Under the pieces are notes generated by a model, which ran no database searches, was not told the DNA's origin, and saw only the letters and a list, made by a program, of their open reading frames with translations. A stretch of 64,000 nucleotides of DNA from positions 595-64,594 of the forward strand of contig JANNYA010000066.1 in assembly GCA_031409855.1 (NCBI GenBank), read 5' to 3'. The stretch is from Rhodanobacteraceae bacterium (lineage in GTDB: Bacteria > Pseudomonadota > Gammaproteobacteria > Xanthomonadales > SZUA-5). The translations under genes were made by a program, and so were the position numbers. Numbering within the stretch: the first letter of the stretch is position 1; each line of letters begins with the position of its first letter. Shown here piece after piece: positions 56,356 to 64,000 of this stretch.

Positions 56356-57137
56356 TGGCTATTCGAAGCTTACTTAGCGCGGTTTTTTTGGCGGCCTTAT
56401 TGCTACCTACGTTTGTATCCGCAAAGGCAAAAGAAACCGAAGCACAAACCTATCAGCGCTTACTCGCCGACTACGGCCGAACCGTGGTCACGGTCAGCTA
56501 TATCTTGAGTTTTGATGCCGCTGGCGGCGCCTCAGATCAACGCGCCCAAGGCGAAACCGAAGCGACGCTGGTTAGCGCTGATGGCTTGCTTTTGGTGCCT
56601 TCGGCCGTGCTCAACCCAACTGATATGTTTCAAAAAGTCTATCGCAGCCAGGGCGACGGCCAAGTTCCCAGCATGCGCTCATCCGAAATCAAAGTGCGCT
56701 TGCCCGGCTCAGATCAGCCGCTTGAAGCCGCCGTGGTCACGCAAGATCGTGATTTGGGTGTGGCCTGGCTCAAAATCAAATCACCGCCGAAAAACCTGCC
56801 CTTCGTCAATCTAGCAAAGGCGGTTGACCCCAATGTCGGCCAGCGAGCCTATGTCGTGGGCGTGATTGCCGAAGAGTTTGACTACGCGCCGTTTGTCGAT
56901 GAAACCCGGATTCAGGGACGAATTGACGTACCGTACAAAGCCTTTATTTCCGATCAACCCGGCAAAATGCTGTTCGCCCGCGATGGCACGCCGATTGGAT
57001 TTGCGGTGTTGCGCATTGATGGCACCTCCAACATGAGTGCCGGTGGCAACTACCGTATGTTTGCCACCGTCGTCGGTGGTGCGCGCCTGAAAGATTTAGA
57101 CGCACGCGTACGCGTTTTGAGCGCCAAGCTTCCCTAA
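56355..57137 (+). CDS. secreted trypsin-fold pseudo-protease (catalytic His and Ser replaced)
   Basis: It has a signal peptide and is collinear with an S1C protease domain. The His position reads LLVPSAVLN, the Asp context is kept (DRDLGVAWLKIK), and the Ser position reads SDQPGKMLFARDGTPIGF. Its ATG overlaps the upstream TAA (TAATG). Confidence 0.6.
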   Translation: MAIRSLLSAVFLAALLLPTFVSAKAKETEAQTYQRLLADYGRTVVTVSYILSFDAAGGASDQRAQGETEATLVSADGLLLVPSAVLNPTDMFQKVYRSQGDGQVPSMRSSEIKVRLPGSDQPLEAAVVTQDRDLGVAWLKIKSPPKNLPFVNLAKAVDPNVGQRAYVVGVIAEEFDYAPFVDETRIQGRIDVPYKAFISDQPGKMLFARDGTPIGFAVLRIDGTSNMSAGGNYRMFATVVGGARLKDLDARVRVLSAKLP

Positions 57138-57258
57138 CCCGTCGCATTCCTGAACCTGTCTGCGCAAGTGGTTGAATTAGCAAATGATTTGGCTATGATC
57201 CAAGGCCGCCAAACGCGCGGTTGGCTCTTGCAGAGGCAAAGAGTCAAACAAAACTAGT

Positions 57259-57334
57259 GGGCCGCTAGCTCAGTCGGTAGAGCAGCGGACTTTTAATCCG
57301 TTGGTCCCGAGTTCGAATCTCGGGCGGCCCACCA
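57259..57334 (+). tRNA. tRNA-Lys (anticodon UUU)
   Basis: The 76-nt cloverleaf is GGGCCGCTAGCTCAGTCGGTAGAGCAGCGGACTTTTAATCCGTTGGTCCCGAGTTCGAATCTCGGGCGGCCCACCA. It is close to E. coli tRNA-Lys and has an encoded CCA. Confidence 0.95.
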
Positions 57335-57729
57335 TTTTAGTTGCATAAATTTCCTCGACGCCCCTAGGCTGTGCAAGGCCATGCACATCGTCAAGTTTTA
57401 TTTCAAACAGATCTTTTAACGGCAATTAAGCCCGTCCGTATAAACGATTTCTGTTGGAATTTTGTATTACAGCCGCCGAAATGCATTTACCTTAGACCTA
57501 GCTAAAGTACTGGCAAAGTACCGGCAAACTTTGTACTGGACTGCCGTTTGGCGACATCGATAGCGCTATTTTGAATGTTCCCGAGGCAGCACAAGGCGTT
57601 TAAGTCTAGGGCCAAGCTTAACGAATCCGGAGTTCGGTGTGGCAACAATCAAAATATCAAATTTTCCTTTGCCCCAACCGCACTAGCTTGCGATCATCGG
57701 CGGCTCGCTTTCGTTTGTAGAATTAACTC

Positions 57730-60213
57730 ATGAGTCTAATCGCACATAAATTTGGTGGCTCTAGCCTTGCCAACGCTGAGCGCATCGCTGCGGTGGTTGA
57801 GCTGATGGCAGGGCGCGATAATGCCGCGCAGGTCATTGTTGTTTCTGCGATGCAGGGTGTAACGAATGCGTTGATTGCGTTGGCGGAAACGGCAGCCTCG
57901 GGTGGCGATGTCGACATTGGCCTGTATGCGCTCAAGCAGCAGCATGACAGCGCGGCGGTGGCCTTGCTCGGTACGCAAGCACACCTGGCACAAAGCGAAT
58001 TTGCCGCGAAGTTCACCGAACTAGCCGAGCTCTTAAAAGCTTTACGCCTGCTGGGTGATGCGCCCAAAGGCGCGCTGGAGTTTATTTCTGGCTTGGGCGA
58101 GGTGTTTTCGGCGCACTTGGTGACTCTAAGTTTTCGCGTAAAAGGCTATGAAGCGCATTGTATTGATGCGCGTGAAATATTGCGGGTAGAGCACACGGAA
58201 CTAGGCTGTCAGGTGCTTTGGCCCGAATCCGAAGCGCGCCTGGCCGCGTATTTGCGCGCGCAGTTTGCCGACGCCATCCCGAAACGCTTTGTCGTGACCG
58301 GATTTGTCGCGCGCGATCAAGCTGGGCGCATCACGACGCTTGGGCGCAATGGCAGCGACTATTCGGGCTCTATTTTTGCTGCCCTGTTTGACGCCGCTGA
58401 GCTGCATATCTGGACCGATGTAGACGGTGTATTGAGCGCTGATCCACGGCAAGTGCCCGAGGCGCAGGTGCTATCGCACATGAGCTATCAAGAGGCGTTT
58501 GAGTTGGCTTATTTCGGCGCCAAAGTGATTCACCCGCAAACCATGGCGCCCGCCACGCGCAAGAATTTGCCGGTTTTTATTCGCAATACCTTCAATGCCA
58601 CGCATCCGGGTACGCGCATTGATGCCAATCTCTCGCGTCAGCCGCCGATCAAAGGCATTACTACCATTGGCGCACAAGCGATGGTCACGATCGAGGGCGC
58701 TGGCATGATTGGCGTGCCAGGTACGGCAGAACGCGTGTTTAGCGCGCTTAAAACTGCCGGGGTTTCGGTCGTTATGATCAGCCAGGGTAGTTCAGAGCAC
58801 TCGATTTGCTGCGTGGTACAGCAGGCTGTGGCGGAAAAAGCCCAGCGCTTGCTCAGCGATGCCTTTGCGCGCGAACTCAGCGCGGGCGCGATCCAGAGTG
58901 TGTCCGCTGAACCCGGAATTGCCGTGTTGGCCGTAGTTGGTGATGGCATGGCGGGTGTTCCCGGCGTCGCGGCTCGGCTGTTTGCCGCTCTCGGGCGCGC
59001 GCGCATCAATGTGCGCGCGATTGCGCAGGGCAGCTCAGAGCGCAATATCTCGGTCGCGATTCGCGAAGTGGATGCCACCCGCGCGTTGCGAGCGGTACAC
59101 GCCGGATTCTATTTGTCAGCGCAAACGCTGAGCGTGGGTTTGATCGGCCCCGGTCAAGTCGGGCAAGCCTTATTGAAACAGATGTTTGACGCCAGCCCGA
59201 GGCTGCGCGCGGGCACGAATTTAGATTTGCGCATTCGCGCCATCGCTGGCAGTCGTAAAATGGCGCATTCGGATCTTGGTTTCGCCTCCGATAGCGATGC
59301 CCTCAGCGCCTATCAACAAAGCGATACCGCGCTTGAGTTAGATCAGTTCGCCGATTCGGTATTAGCCGAACATCTGCCGCATGCGATGATCGTGGATTGC
59401 TCCGCCTCCGATGCGGTCGCGCAACATTATGCTGGCTGGCTGGCGCGCGGCATCCACGTGGTTACCCCGAATAAAAATGCCGGGTCCGGCGATCAGCAAC
59501 GCTTTGATTTGATTCGCGCCAATGCCGAGCAAGCAAAATTTCGCTATGAAGCCACGGTGGGTGCGGGCTTGCCGGTGATTTCCACCCTGCGTGATTTGCT
59601 CGATACCGGGGATCAAATTGCGTCCATCGAGGGCATGTTTTCTGGCACGCTGGCGTATTTGTTCAACCGCTTCGACGGCAGCTTGGCATTTTCGGCGCTC
59701 GTCAATGAAGCGAAAAAACTGGGATATACCGAACCGGACCCTAGAGATGACTTATCCGGCAAAGACGTCGCGCGCAAGCTAGTGATTTTGGCGCGGGAGA
59801 TGGGTTTAAAAGTTTCGCTGATTGATGTCGAAGTGGAATCCTTAGTGCCCGCCGTGTTGGCAGATGCTTCGGTTGAGGAATTCATGCGCCGCTTGCCGGA
59901 ATTTGACGCACCCATGCAGGCCAAGCTTGACACAGCACGCGCAAACCATTCGGTGCTGCGCTTTGTTGCCAAGTTGGTGCCACCCTTACAGCCTGGTGCT
60001 CGCGCCAAATTGACGGTTTCCCTGCAAAGCCTGCCGAACACGCACGCCTTTGCGCATGTGGCGCTGACCGACAATATCGTGCAGTTTCAAACCGCGCGCT
60101 ATTGCGCCAACCCGCTGATCGTGCGCGGCCCGGGTGCAGGCCCCGAAGTTACGGCAGCAGGTGTTTTTGCCGACGTGCTGCGGATTGCCAGTTCGCTGGG
60201 TGCCAAGCTCTAA
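57730..60213 (+). CDS. thrA: bifunctional aspartokinase / homoserine dehydrogenase
   Basis: The N-terminal kinase shows KFGGSSLAN and the protein has two ACT regions. The C-terminal homoserine dehydrogenase shows LIGPGQVGQALL and EPDPRDDLSGKDVARK. Total length is 827 aa. Confidence 0.93.
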   Translation: MSLIAHKFGGSSLANAERIAAVVELMAGRDNAAQVIVVSAMQGVTNALIALAETAASGGDVDIGLYALKQQHDSAAVALLGTQAHLAQSEFAAKFTELAELLKALRLLGDAPKGALEFISGLGEVFSAHLVTLSFRVKGYEAHCIDAREILRVEHTELGCQVLWPESEARLAAYLRAQFADAIPKRFVVTGFVARDQAGRITTLGRNGSDYSGSIFAALFDAAELHIWTDVDGVLSADPRQVPEAQVLSHMSYQEAFELAYFGAKVIHPQTMAPATRKNLPVFIRNTFNATHPGTRIDANLSRQPPIKGITTIGAQAMVTIEGAGMIGVPGTAERVFSALKTAGVSVVMISQGSSEHSICCVVQQAVAEKAQRLLSDAFARELSAGAIQSVSAEPGIAVLAVVGDGMAGVPGVAARLFAALGRARINVRAIAQGSSERNISVAIREVDATRALRAVHAGFYLSAQTLSVGLIGPGQVGQALLKQMFDASPRLRAGTNLDLRIRAIAGSRKMAHSDLGFASDSDALSAYQQSDTALELDQFADSVLAEHLPHAMIVDCSASDAVAQHYAGWLARGIHVVTPNKNAGSGDQQRFDLIRANAEQAKFRYEATVGAGLPVISTLRDLLDTGDQIASIEGMFSGTLAYLFNRFDGSLAFSALVNEAKKLGYTEPDPRDDLSGKDVARKLVILAREMGLKVSLIDVEVESLVPAVLADASVEEFMRRLPEFDAPMQAKLDTARANHSVLRFVAKLVPPLQPGARAKLTVSLQSLPNTHAFAHVALTDNIVQFQTARYCANPLIVRGPGAGPEVTAAGVFADVLRIASSLGAKL

Positions 60214-60495
60214 ATGCAGTGTCGTGCGGCGTGCGCGGCGTGCTGCATTGCGCCGTCGATCTCAAGTCCGATTCCCGGGATGCCAAACGGCAAACCGCCT
60301 GGAGTGCCTTGTGTGCAGCTAAACGCACAGCTGGGCTGTATGCTTTTTGGTAAGCCGGAACGCCCAGCAGTTTGCGTATCGTTGCGCCCTGAAGCGTTGA
60401 TGTGCGGCAGTACTGCCGCGCAGGCGCATCAGTTTTTGGCAGCATTAGAGCGCGCGACGCAGCCCGCAATGCAAATCCGAATAAATGTAGCGTAG
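60214..60495 (+). CDS. YkgJ-family cysteine-cluster (zinc/iron-chelating) protein
   Basis: It has an N-terminal CRAACAACCIAP cluster plus further conserved Cys residues (CVQL, CMLFG, CVSLRP). The ATG immediately follows the thrA stop. Confidence 0.65.
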   Translation: MQCRAACAACCIAPSISSPIPGMPNGKPPGVPCVQLNAQLGCMLFGKPERPAVCVSLRPEALMCGSTAAQAHQFLAALERATQPAMQIRINVA

Positions 60496-60595
60496 CCGCA
60501 AAAACGCAAATTTGTTTGAGGCTTAAGGCTTACACTTAAATCAAATAGTGCTTTTTTATTTAACCGCGTAACGAAATTTTCCGGGCGTTCACCTT

Positions 60596-61183
60596 ATGGC
60601 TAAAACTCGCATCGTCAAGAAATATCCGAACCGGCGTTTGTACGACACCGTGATTTCCAGTTACGTCACCGTCGAAGACATACGCCAACTAGTCACGGAC
60701 GGCGAAGAATTTGAGGTGCAAGATGCCAAGACGGGTGCGGATTTAACCCGACAAGTGCTTTTGCAAATCATTTCTGAGTGTGAGGAAAAAGGCCAGCCGA
60801 TGCTGTCCACGCGCTTGTTGTCGCAGTTGATTCGCTTTTATGGCGATCAGCTGCAAGGTTTTATGGCCAGCTATTTAGAGCGCAGCCTGCAAACGTTTTT
60901 GGATCAACAGCAGCAGTTCCGCTCGCAATTGAATACCGTGCTTGGGCAATCGCCATTGAGTGTTTTTCAAACGATGACGGAACGCAATTTGGAGCTATTC
61001 AAACAATTTCAATCCGGCGTGATTGGTGCGGCGATCCCACCAGGATTTGGCGTGCCCAGCGCAACACCAGGTGCCACGCCAAATCGGCCTACGCAAGCAC
61101 CTGGCTCAAGCGCACCCAATAGTTCCGGCCCGCAAGGCTCCGCTGCCCGCCCAATCCCAATCCCCAGCGTGCGCAAACTGTGA
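60596..61183 (+). CDS. phaR: polyhydroxyalkanoate synthesis repressor PhaR
   Basis: IVKKYPNRRLYDTVISSYVTVEDIRQLV is the PhaR N-terminal signature. Confidence 0.85.
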   Translation: MAKTRIVKKYPNRRLYDTVISSYVTVEDIRQLVTDGEEFEVQDAKTGADLTRQVLLQIISECEEKGQPMLSTRLLSQLIRFYGDQLQGFMASYLERSLQTFLDQQQQFRSQLNTVLGQSPLSVFQTMTERNLELFKQFQSGVIGAAIPPGFGVPSATPGATPNRPTQAPGSSAPNSSGPQGSAARPIPIPSVRKL

Positions 61184-61779
61184 TCGGGCGTTTACGCGGT
61201 ATTTTGCTGCAAAAGCAGCCGCCGCATTTGTTGGTGGATGTGCAGGGCGTCGCCTATGAAGTCGATGCGCCAATGTCGACATTTTATGATTTGCCCGAAG
61301 TCGGCAAAGAAATCGTACTGCACACGCACCTTTCCATCAAAGAAGACGCGCATTCGCTCTATGGTTTTGGCACCGAATCTGACCGCGCGCTATTTCGCAC
61401 GCTACTCAAGATTACCGGCGTCGGCGCGAAATTGGCGCTGGCCGTGCTTTCCGGTGCCAGCGTAGCGGAATTTACCCGGCTTATACAAACTGCCGACGTG
61501 GTTTCCTTGACGCGTATTCCCGGGGTGGGGAAAAAAACGGCAGAACGCATGATCGTCGAGCTGAAAGACAAACTTGGCAGCTTTAGCGGCGCTGGCCTCA
61601 TCGCCTCGCGCGCGGCTGGGCCTGTCGCTAGCGATCCATTGACAGAAGCCACCGTCGCGCTAGGGGCGCTCGGCTATAAGCCCATCGAAGTACAGGCACT
61701 ATTGAAGAAAGTCGACGCCACCGGTTTGAGCGCCGAAGAATTGATTCGCCGCGCGCTGCAGGCGGCTTTGCGACATTGA
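61180..61779 (+). CDS. ruvA: Holliday junction branch migration complex subunit RuvA
   Basis: MIGRLRGIL...VDVQGVAYEV and the HhH motifs ITGVGAKLALAVL and IPGVGKKTAERM are present. The GTG start overlaps the phaR stop. Confidence 0.93.
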   Translation: MIGRLRGILLQKQPPHLLVDVQGVAYEVDAPMSTFYDLPEVGKEIVLHTHLSIKEDAHSLYGFGTESDRALFRTLLKITGVGAKLALAVLSGASVAEFTRLIQTADVVSLTRIPGVGKKTAERMIVELKDKLGSFSGAGLIASRAAGPVASDPLTEATVALGALGYKPIEVQALLKKVDATGLSAEELIRRALQAALRH

Positions 61780-61870
61780 ATTGGGTTTTCCGCCGCCGCG
61801 CGCACTTTGTCTCATGTTTTGCGACACCGAAGCTCCAGCCTAGCGGCACATCCCCAAACGGCATCGAATC

Positions 61871-62149
61871 ATGCAAACGTCAGCGGCTCAATCTTCAAAT
61901 ACGCAAACTTCCGCCATATTTCGCACCTGGCTCGCCTTCGGGCTTGCCGCGAACTTGGTCGCGTCAAACTTGGCTGCATCAAACTCCGAGCCCACTTTGT
62001 TTGGCCCTGCGTGGCTTTGGTTGATTGCCATACCCTTAGCCGCTTATTCGTTGACGAATTTGCCGACTGTGCTGCGAACCATCAAGCGAAACGCCGAGCG
62101 CGCCTGGCGTTTACGTGCGCGGCCACAGGCGATTCGCGTGCGGCGTTAG
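61871..62149 (+). CDS. hypothetical small two-TM protein with a basic tail
   Basis: There are two hydrophobic segments ([29 protein letters not shown]) and an Arg-rich C-terminus. I recognise no family. It sits in the convergent gap between ruvA and hslV. Confidence 0.3.
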   Translation: MQTSAAQSSNTQTSAIFRTWLAFGLAANLVASNLAASNSEPTLFGPAWLWLIAIPLAAYSLTNLPTVLRTIKRNAERAWRLRARPQAIRVRR

Positions 62150-62682
62150 GTTAGCTCCTCAATCATGTGCGTATGATTCGTATAAATGCAGATATCTCCA
62201 GCGATCTTCAGTGATTTCGCGACAATTTCGCGCGGCGGCAATTCTGTGCTTTCCAACAGCGCCTTCGCTGCAGCTAAGGCGTAATTACCACCCGAACCAA
62301 TGGCGATCAGGCCCATTTCGGGCTCAAGCACGTCGCCATTACCGGTAATAATCAAACTCGCTTCACGATCTGCGACTGCCAACATCGCCTCTAGGCGCGC
62401 CAAACGACGTTCAGTGCGCCAGTCTTTCGCCAACTCGACGGCAGCACGCACCAAGTGCCCGGAGTGCTTTTCCAACTTACTTTCAAACAACTCAAACAGC
62501 GTAAATGCGTCCGCCGTGGCACCGGCAAAACCGGCCAACACTTCACCTTTCCACAAGCGCCGAATCTTTTTCGCATTTCCTTTAACAATAGTGTGGCCTA
62601 GCGTGACTTGGCCGTCGCCACCGATCACGACGTTGCGGCCACGACGCACTGAGACGATGGTGGTTCCGTGGTATTGCTCCAT
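62146..62682 (-). CDS. hslV: ATP-dependent protease subunit HslV
   Basis: The N-terminal catalytic Thr context is [10 protein letters not shown], with GDGQVTLG and [16 protein letters not shown] lies 7 nt before the ATG. Confidence 0.93.
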   Translation of the reverse strand: MEQYHGTTIVSVRRGRNVVIGGDGQVTLGHTIVKGNAKKIRRLWKGEVLAGFAGATADAFTLFELFESKLEKHSGHLVRAAVELAKDWRTERRLARLEAMLAVADREASLIITGNGDVLEPEMGLIAIGSGGNYALAAAKALLESTELPPREIVAKSLKIAGDICIYTNHTHMIEELT

Positions 62683-62718
62683 TGCAAACTCCTGATAAAG
62701 CCCGTTGACTGCCCTTTA

Positions 62719-62746
62719 GTTGCGGGCAGTAACGATCAGTTTCAAG
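62719..62746 (-). promoter_or_regulatory. possible sigma-32 (heat-shock) promoter of hslV
   Basis: The minus strand reads CTTGAAA-N13-CCCGCAAC. The -35 element is perfect and the -10 element only partly matches CCCCATNT. The element sits ~37 nt upstream of the ATG, and hslV is classically sigma-32 dependent. Confidence 0.35.
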
Positions 62747-62945
62747 CGCTGTCGCTGCGATTCAAATTTGCCAGACTCCGGCGCTATCGCTTGAATTGCT
62801 GAATTCGCTGCTGGATTAACGCGCTAACGGGCCGTTGAAATTCACTCAGCTATTTTCTCGACAGCGCCAAGTCGATTAAAAAATTAACGATTTTCAGGTT
62901 TATTTAACTTAAATCCGCTTTTTTGCATTGTTTCCCGTGTTTTCC

Positions 62946-63374
62946 TCACGCTGGACGCAACTCTCCTGCCTGCGCCTCAATTCGCCAGCCAAACAGCCCC
63001 ATCATCCGCACCAAATTGTAGCTCGCGGCCGACAGCACAAACGCCATTTCCGTGCGCGCCATGCCAAAGAATTTGCTCTTGCGCTGATTGCCCGTGCACT
63101 TCATCCAACCAAATATTTCCTCGACCCGCTTGCGCAACTTTTGACTCGTGCAGAAGCCTTTGCTTCTTGCCGTGTTTGCATGAATTGCGCTCTTGCGGCC
63201 CTTGTTGTTTTGCGCCGCGTGCGAACGAATGTTCATCGCTTTCAAATTCGCAACATGCGCCTGCATGTCATAGCCTTTATCCGCGCCTAGCGTCGCGCCT
63301 TTCTTGTGAATGCTGCGCGTTGCCATCGTTTCTGCTGCTTCGCATTCGGCTGTTCCAGTGGCCTGCGTCAACAT
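62946..63374 (-). pseudogene. C-terminal half of an IS5/IS1182-type (DDE_Tnp_1) transposase
   Basis: TLGADKGYD...SHAAQN...RKRVEEIFGWMK...AASYNLVRMMGL are present. The N-terminal ~150 aa of the family are absent. Confidence 0.75.
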
Positions 63375-63375
63375 C

Positions 63376-63590
63376 CGCAGCCGCTAAGCCATCGGCAATT
63401 TTCTTCTGGCGCTCTTCGATAGCATTCATCAAAGGCGGCCAAATGAATTTCACCGTGAACGCGATTAAAATCTTGAACGCGAGTGCCTGGGTAATCAATG
63501 TCGCATTAAATTCCATGGCGTATTGCTCCGATGCCGCTTATTGCGCGGCGGTCTGAGCCGCCTGTAATTGGGTAAAAGGGGCAGTTGGAT
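63376..63590 (-). pseudogene. atpF: fragment of an ATP synthase operon: last codons of atpE-like gene + first ~47 codons of atpF (subunit b)
   Basis: [47 protein letters not shown] aligns with the E. coli AtpF N-terminus ([47 protein letters not shown]). Homology stops at ~63376, where the transposase remnant begins. No atpB, full atpE or atpH flanks it. Confidence 0.7.
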
Positions 63591-63745
63591 GTTTTTCGAG
63601 TGTTGCTTAGCGACCCAGCATTGCTGGCTGTCACCTAGGCTGTTCCAACTTCTCCATCACATCGCGCAGCGTAAATCGCTGTAATTTAAGTCGGCGTTTT
63701 ATGTCATAAACACGTTTGTGAATTTAACTAAATGAGCGCGCCAGC

Positions 63746-64000
63746 ATGCCCCAGCCGAGCCCGTCCTATGAGCGTTTTCTCAATGATCGCTATGAGTTGG
63801 CCGGGCGCGTGATTGACCCGGTGGTGGGCACCTTGACGCGGGCTGGCAAGCTCAGCCAGTTGCGCCGTAAGCAGCTTGAAGTGCTGGCGATCTTGGCGAG
63901 TGCCGAGGGTGCTTCGTCAGGCCTTGATCGAGCAAGCGTGGGACGGCAATTCCTTGGTGGGCGACGGCGCACTGACGGACACCATTTCCGCTTTGCGCCA
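63746..64000 (+). pseudogene. CadC/OmpR-type winged-helix transcriptional regulator, N-terminal part, apparently frameshifted; runs off the window
   Basis: The frame from the ATG gives YELAGRVIDPVVGTLTRAGKLSQLRRKQLEVLAILASAEG. The expected continuation VLRQALIEQAWDGNSLVGDGALTDTISALR lies in the +1 frame starting around 63908. Confidence 0.4.

Noticed and set aside
57335-57729. Integrated element, att duplication or thr leader peptide downstream of tRNA-Lys
   Set aside because: No integrase is present. No direct repeat of the tRNA 3' end is present, only a 7-nt GAGTTCG match at ~57630. There is no short ORF rich in Thr/Ile codons and no attenuator-like terminator before thrA.
61776-62154. Alternative ORFs 61776-62024 and 61807-62154 in the ruvA-hslV gap
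   Set aside because: They are mutually overlapping frames of the same short region with no family signal. Only the two-TM frame (61871-62149) is kept, and only at low confidence.

Overview
64-kb chromosomal window from a moderately GC-rich Gram-negative bacterium. It is almost certainly a gammaproteobacterium. Four TonB-dependent receptors, a MopB-like OmpA protein and petABC-sspB look Xanthomonadales-like, but the lineage is not proven from sequence alone.

The backbone is housekeeping:
- a NitT/TauT-type ABC transporter tail
- petABC, sspB, rpoZ, tatABC, anmK
- orn, ratA-rnfH, glmM, gyrA, tRNA-Lys, thrA, phaR, ruvA, hslV
- several two-component and c-di-GMP genes

Regions that stand out:
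1. 1.6-6.4 kb is an AT-richer accessory islet. It holds a degraded IS66 element, a Y1-transposase remnant and a 2 x ~164-bp tandem repeat. It also holds a three-gene minus-strand cassette of a cytoplasmic trypsin-like protease with a SEC-C tail, a HEPN-like helical protein and a DUF4263/Shedu-type nuclease. I rate this cassette the best candidate for an undescribed anti-phage system.
2. 29.3-45.8 kb holds three paralogous TonB-dependent receptors. They are interleaved with duplicated cytoplasmic modules of a TPR-sulfotransferase plus a small 2OG-Fe(II) oxygenase, together with a methyltransferase and a TPR-aspartyl beta-hydroxylase. Two receptor genes share a conserved upstream motif with identical geometry.
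3. 6.5-12.7 kb is a translationally coupled YfiR-like / hybrid kinase / REC-GGDEF / TonB-receptor operon. Its receptor carries a polyproline insert.
4. 54.3-57.1 kb holds a multi-PDZ serine protease coupled to a catalytically dead protease paralog.
5. 61.8-64.0 kb is a rearrangement scar. ruvA and hslV have each lost their usual partner, and an IS5/IS1182-type transposase remnant is fused to an atpE'/atpF' fragment.

All calls come from reading the translations and DNA by eye. No database search was run.
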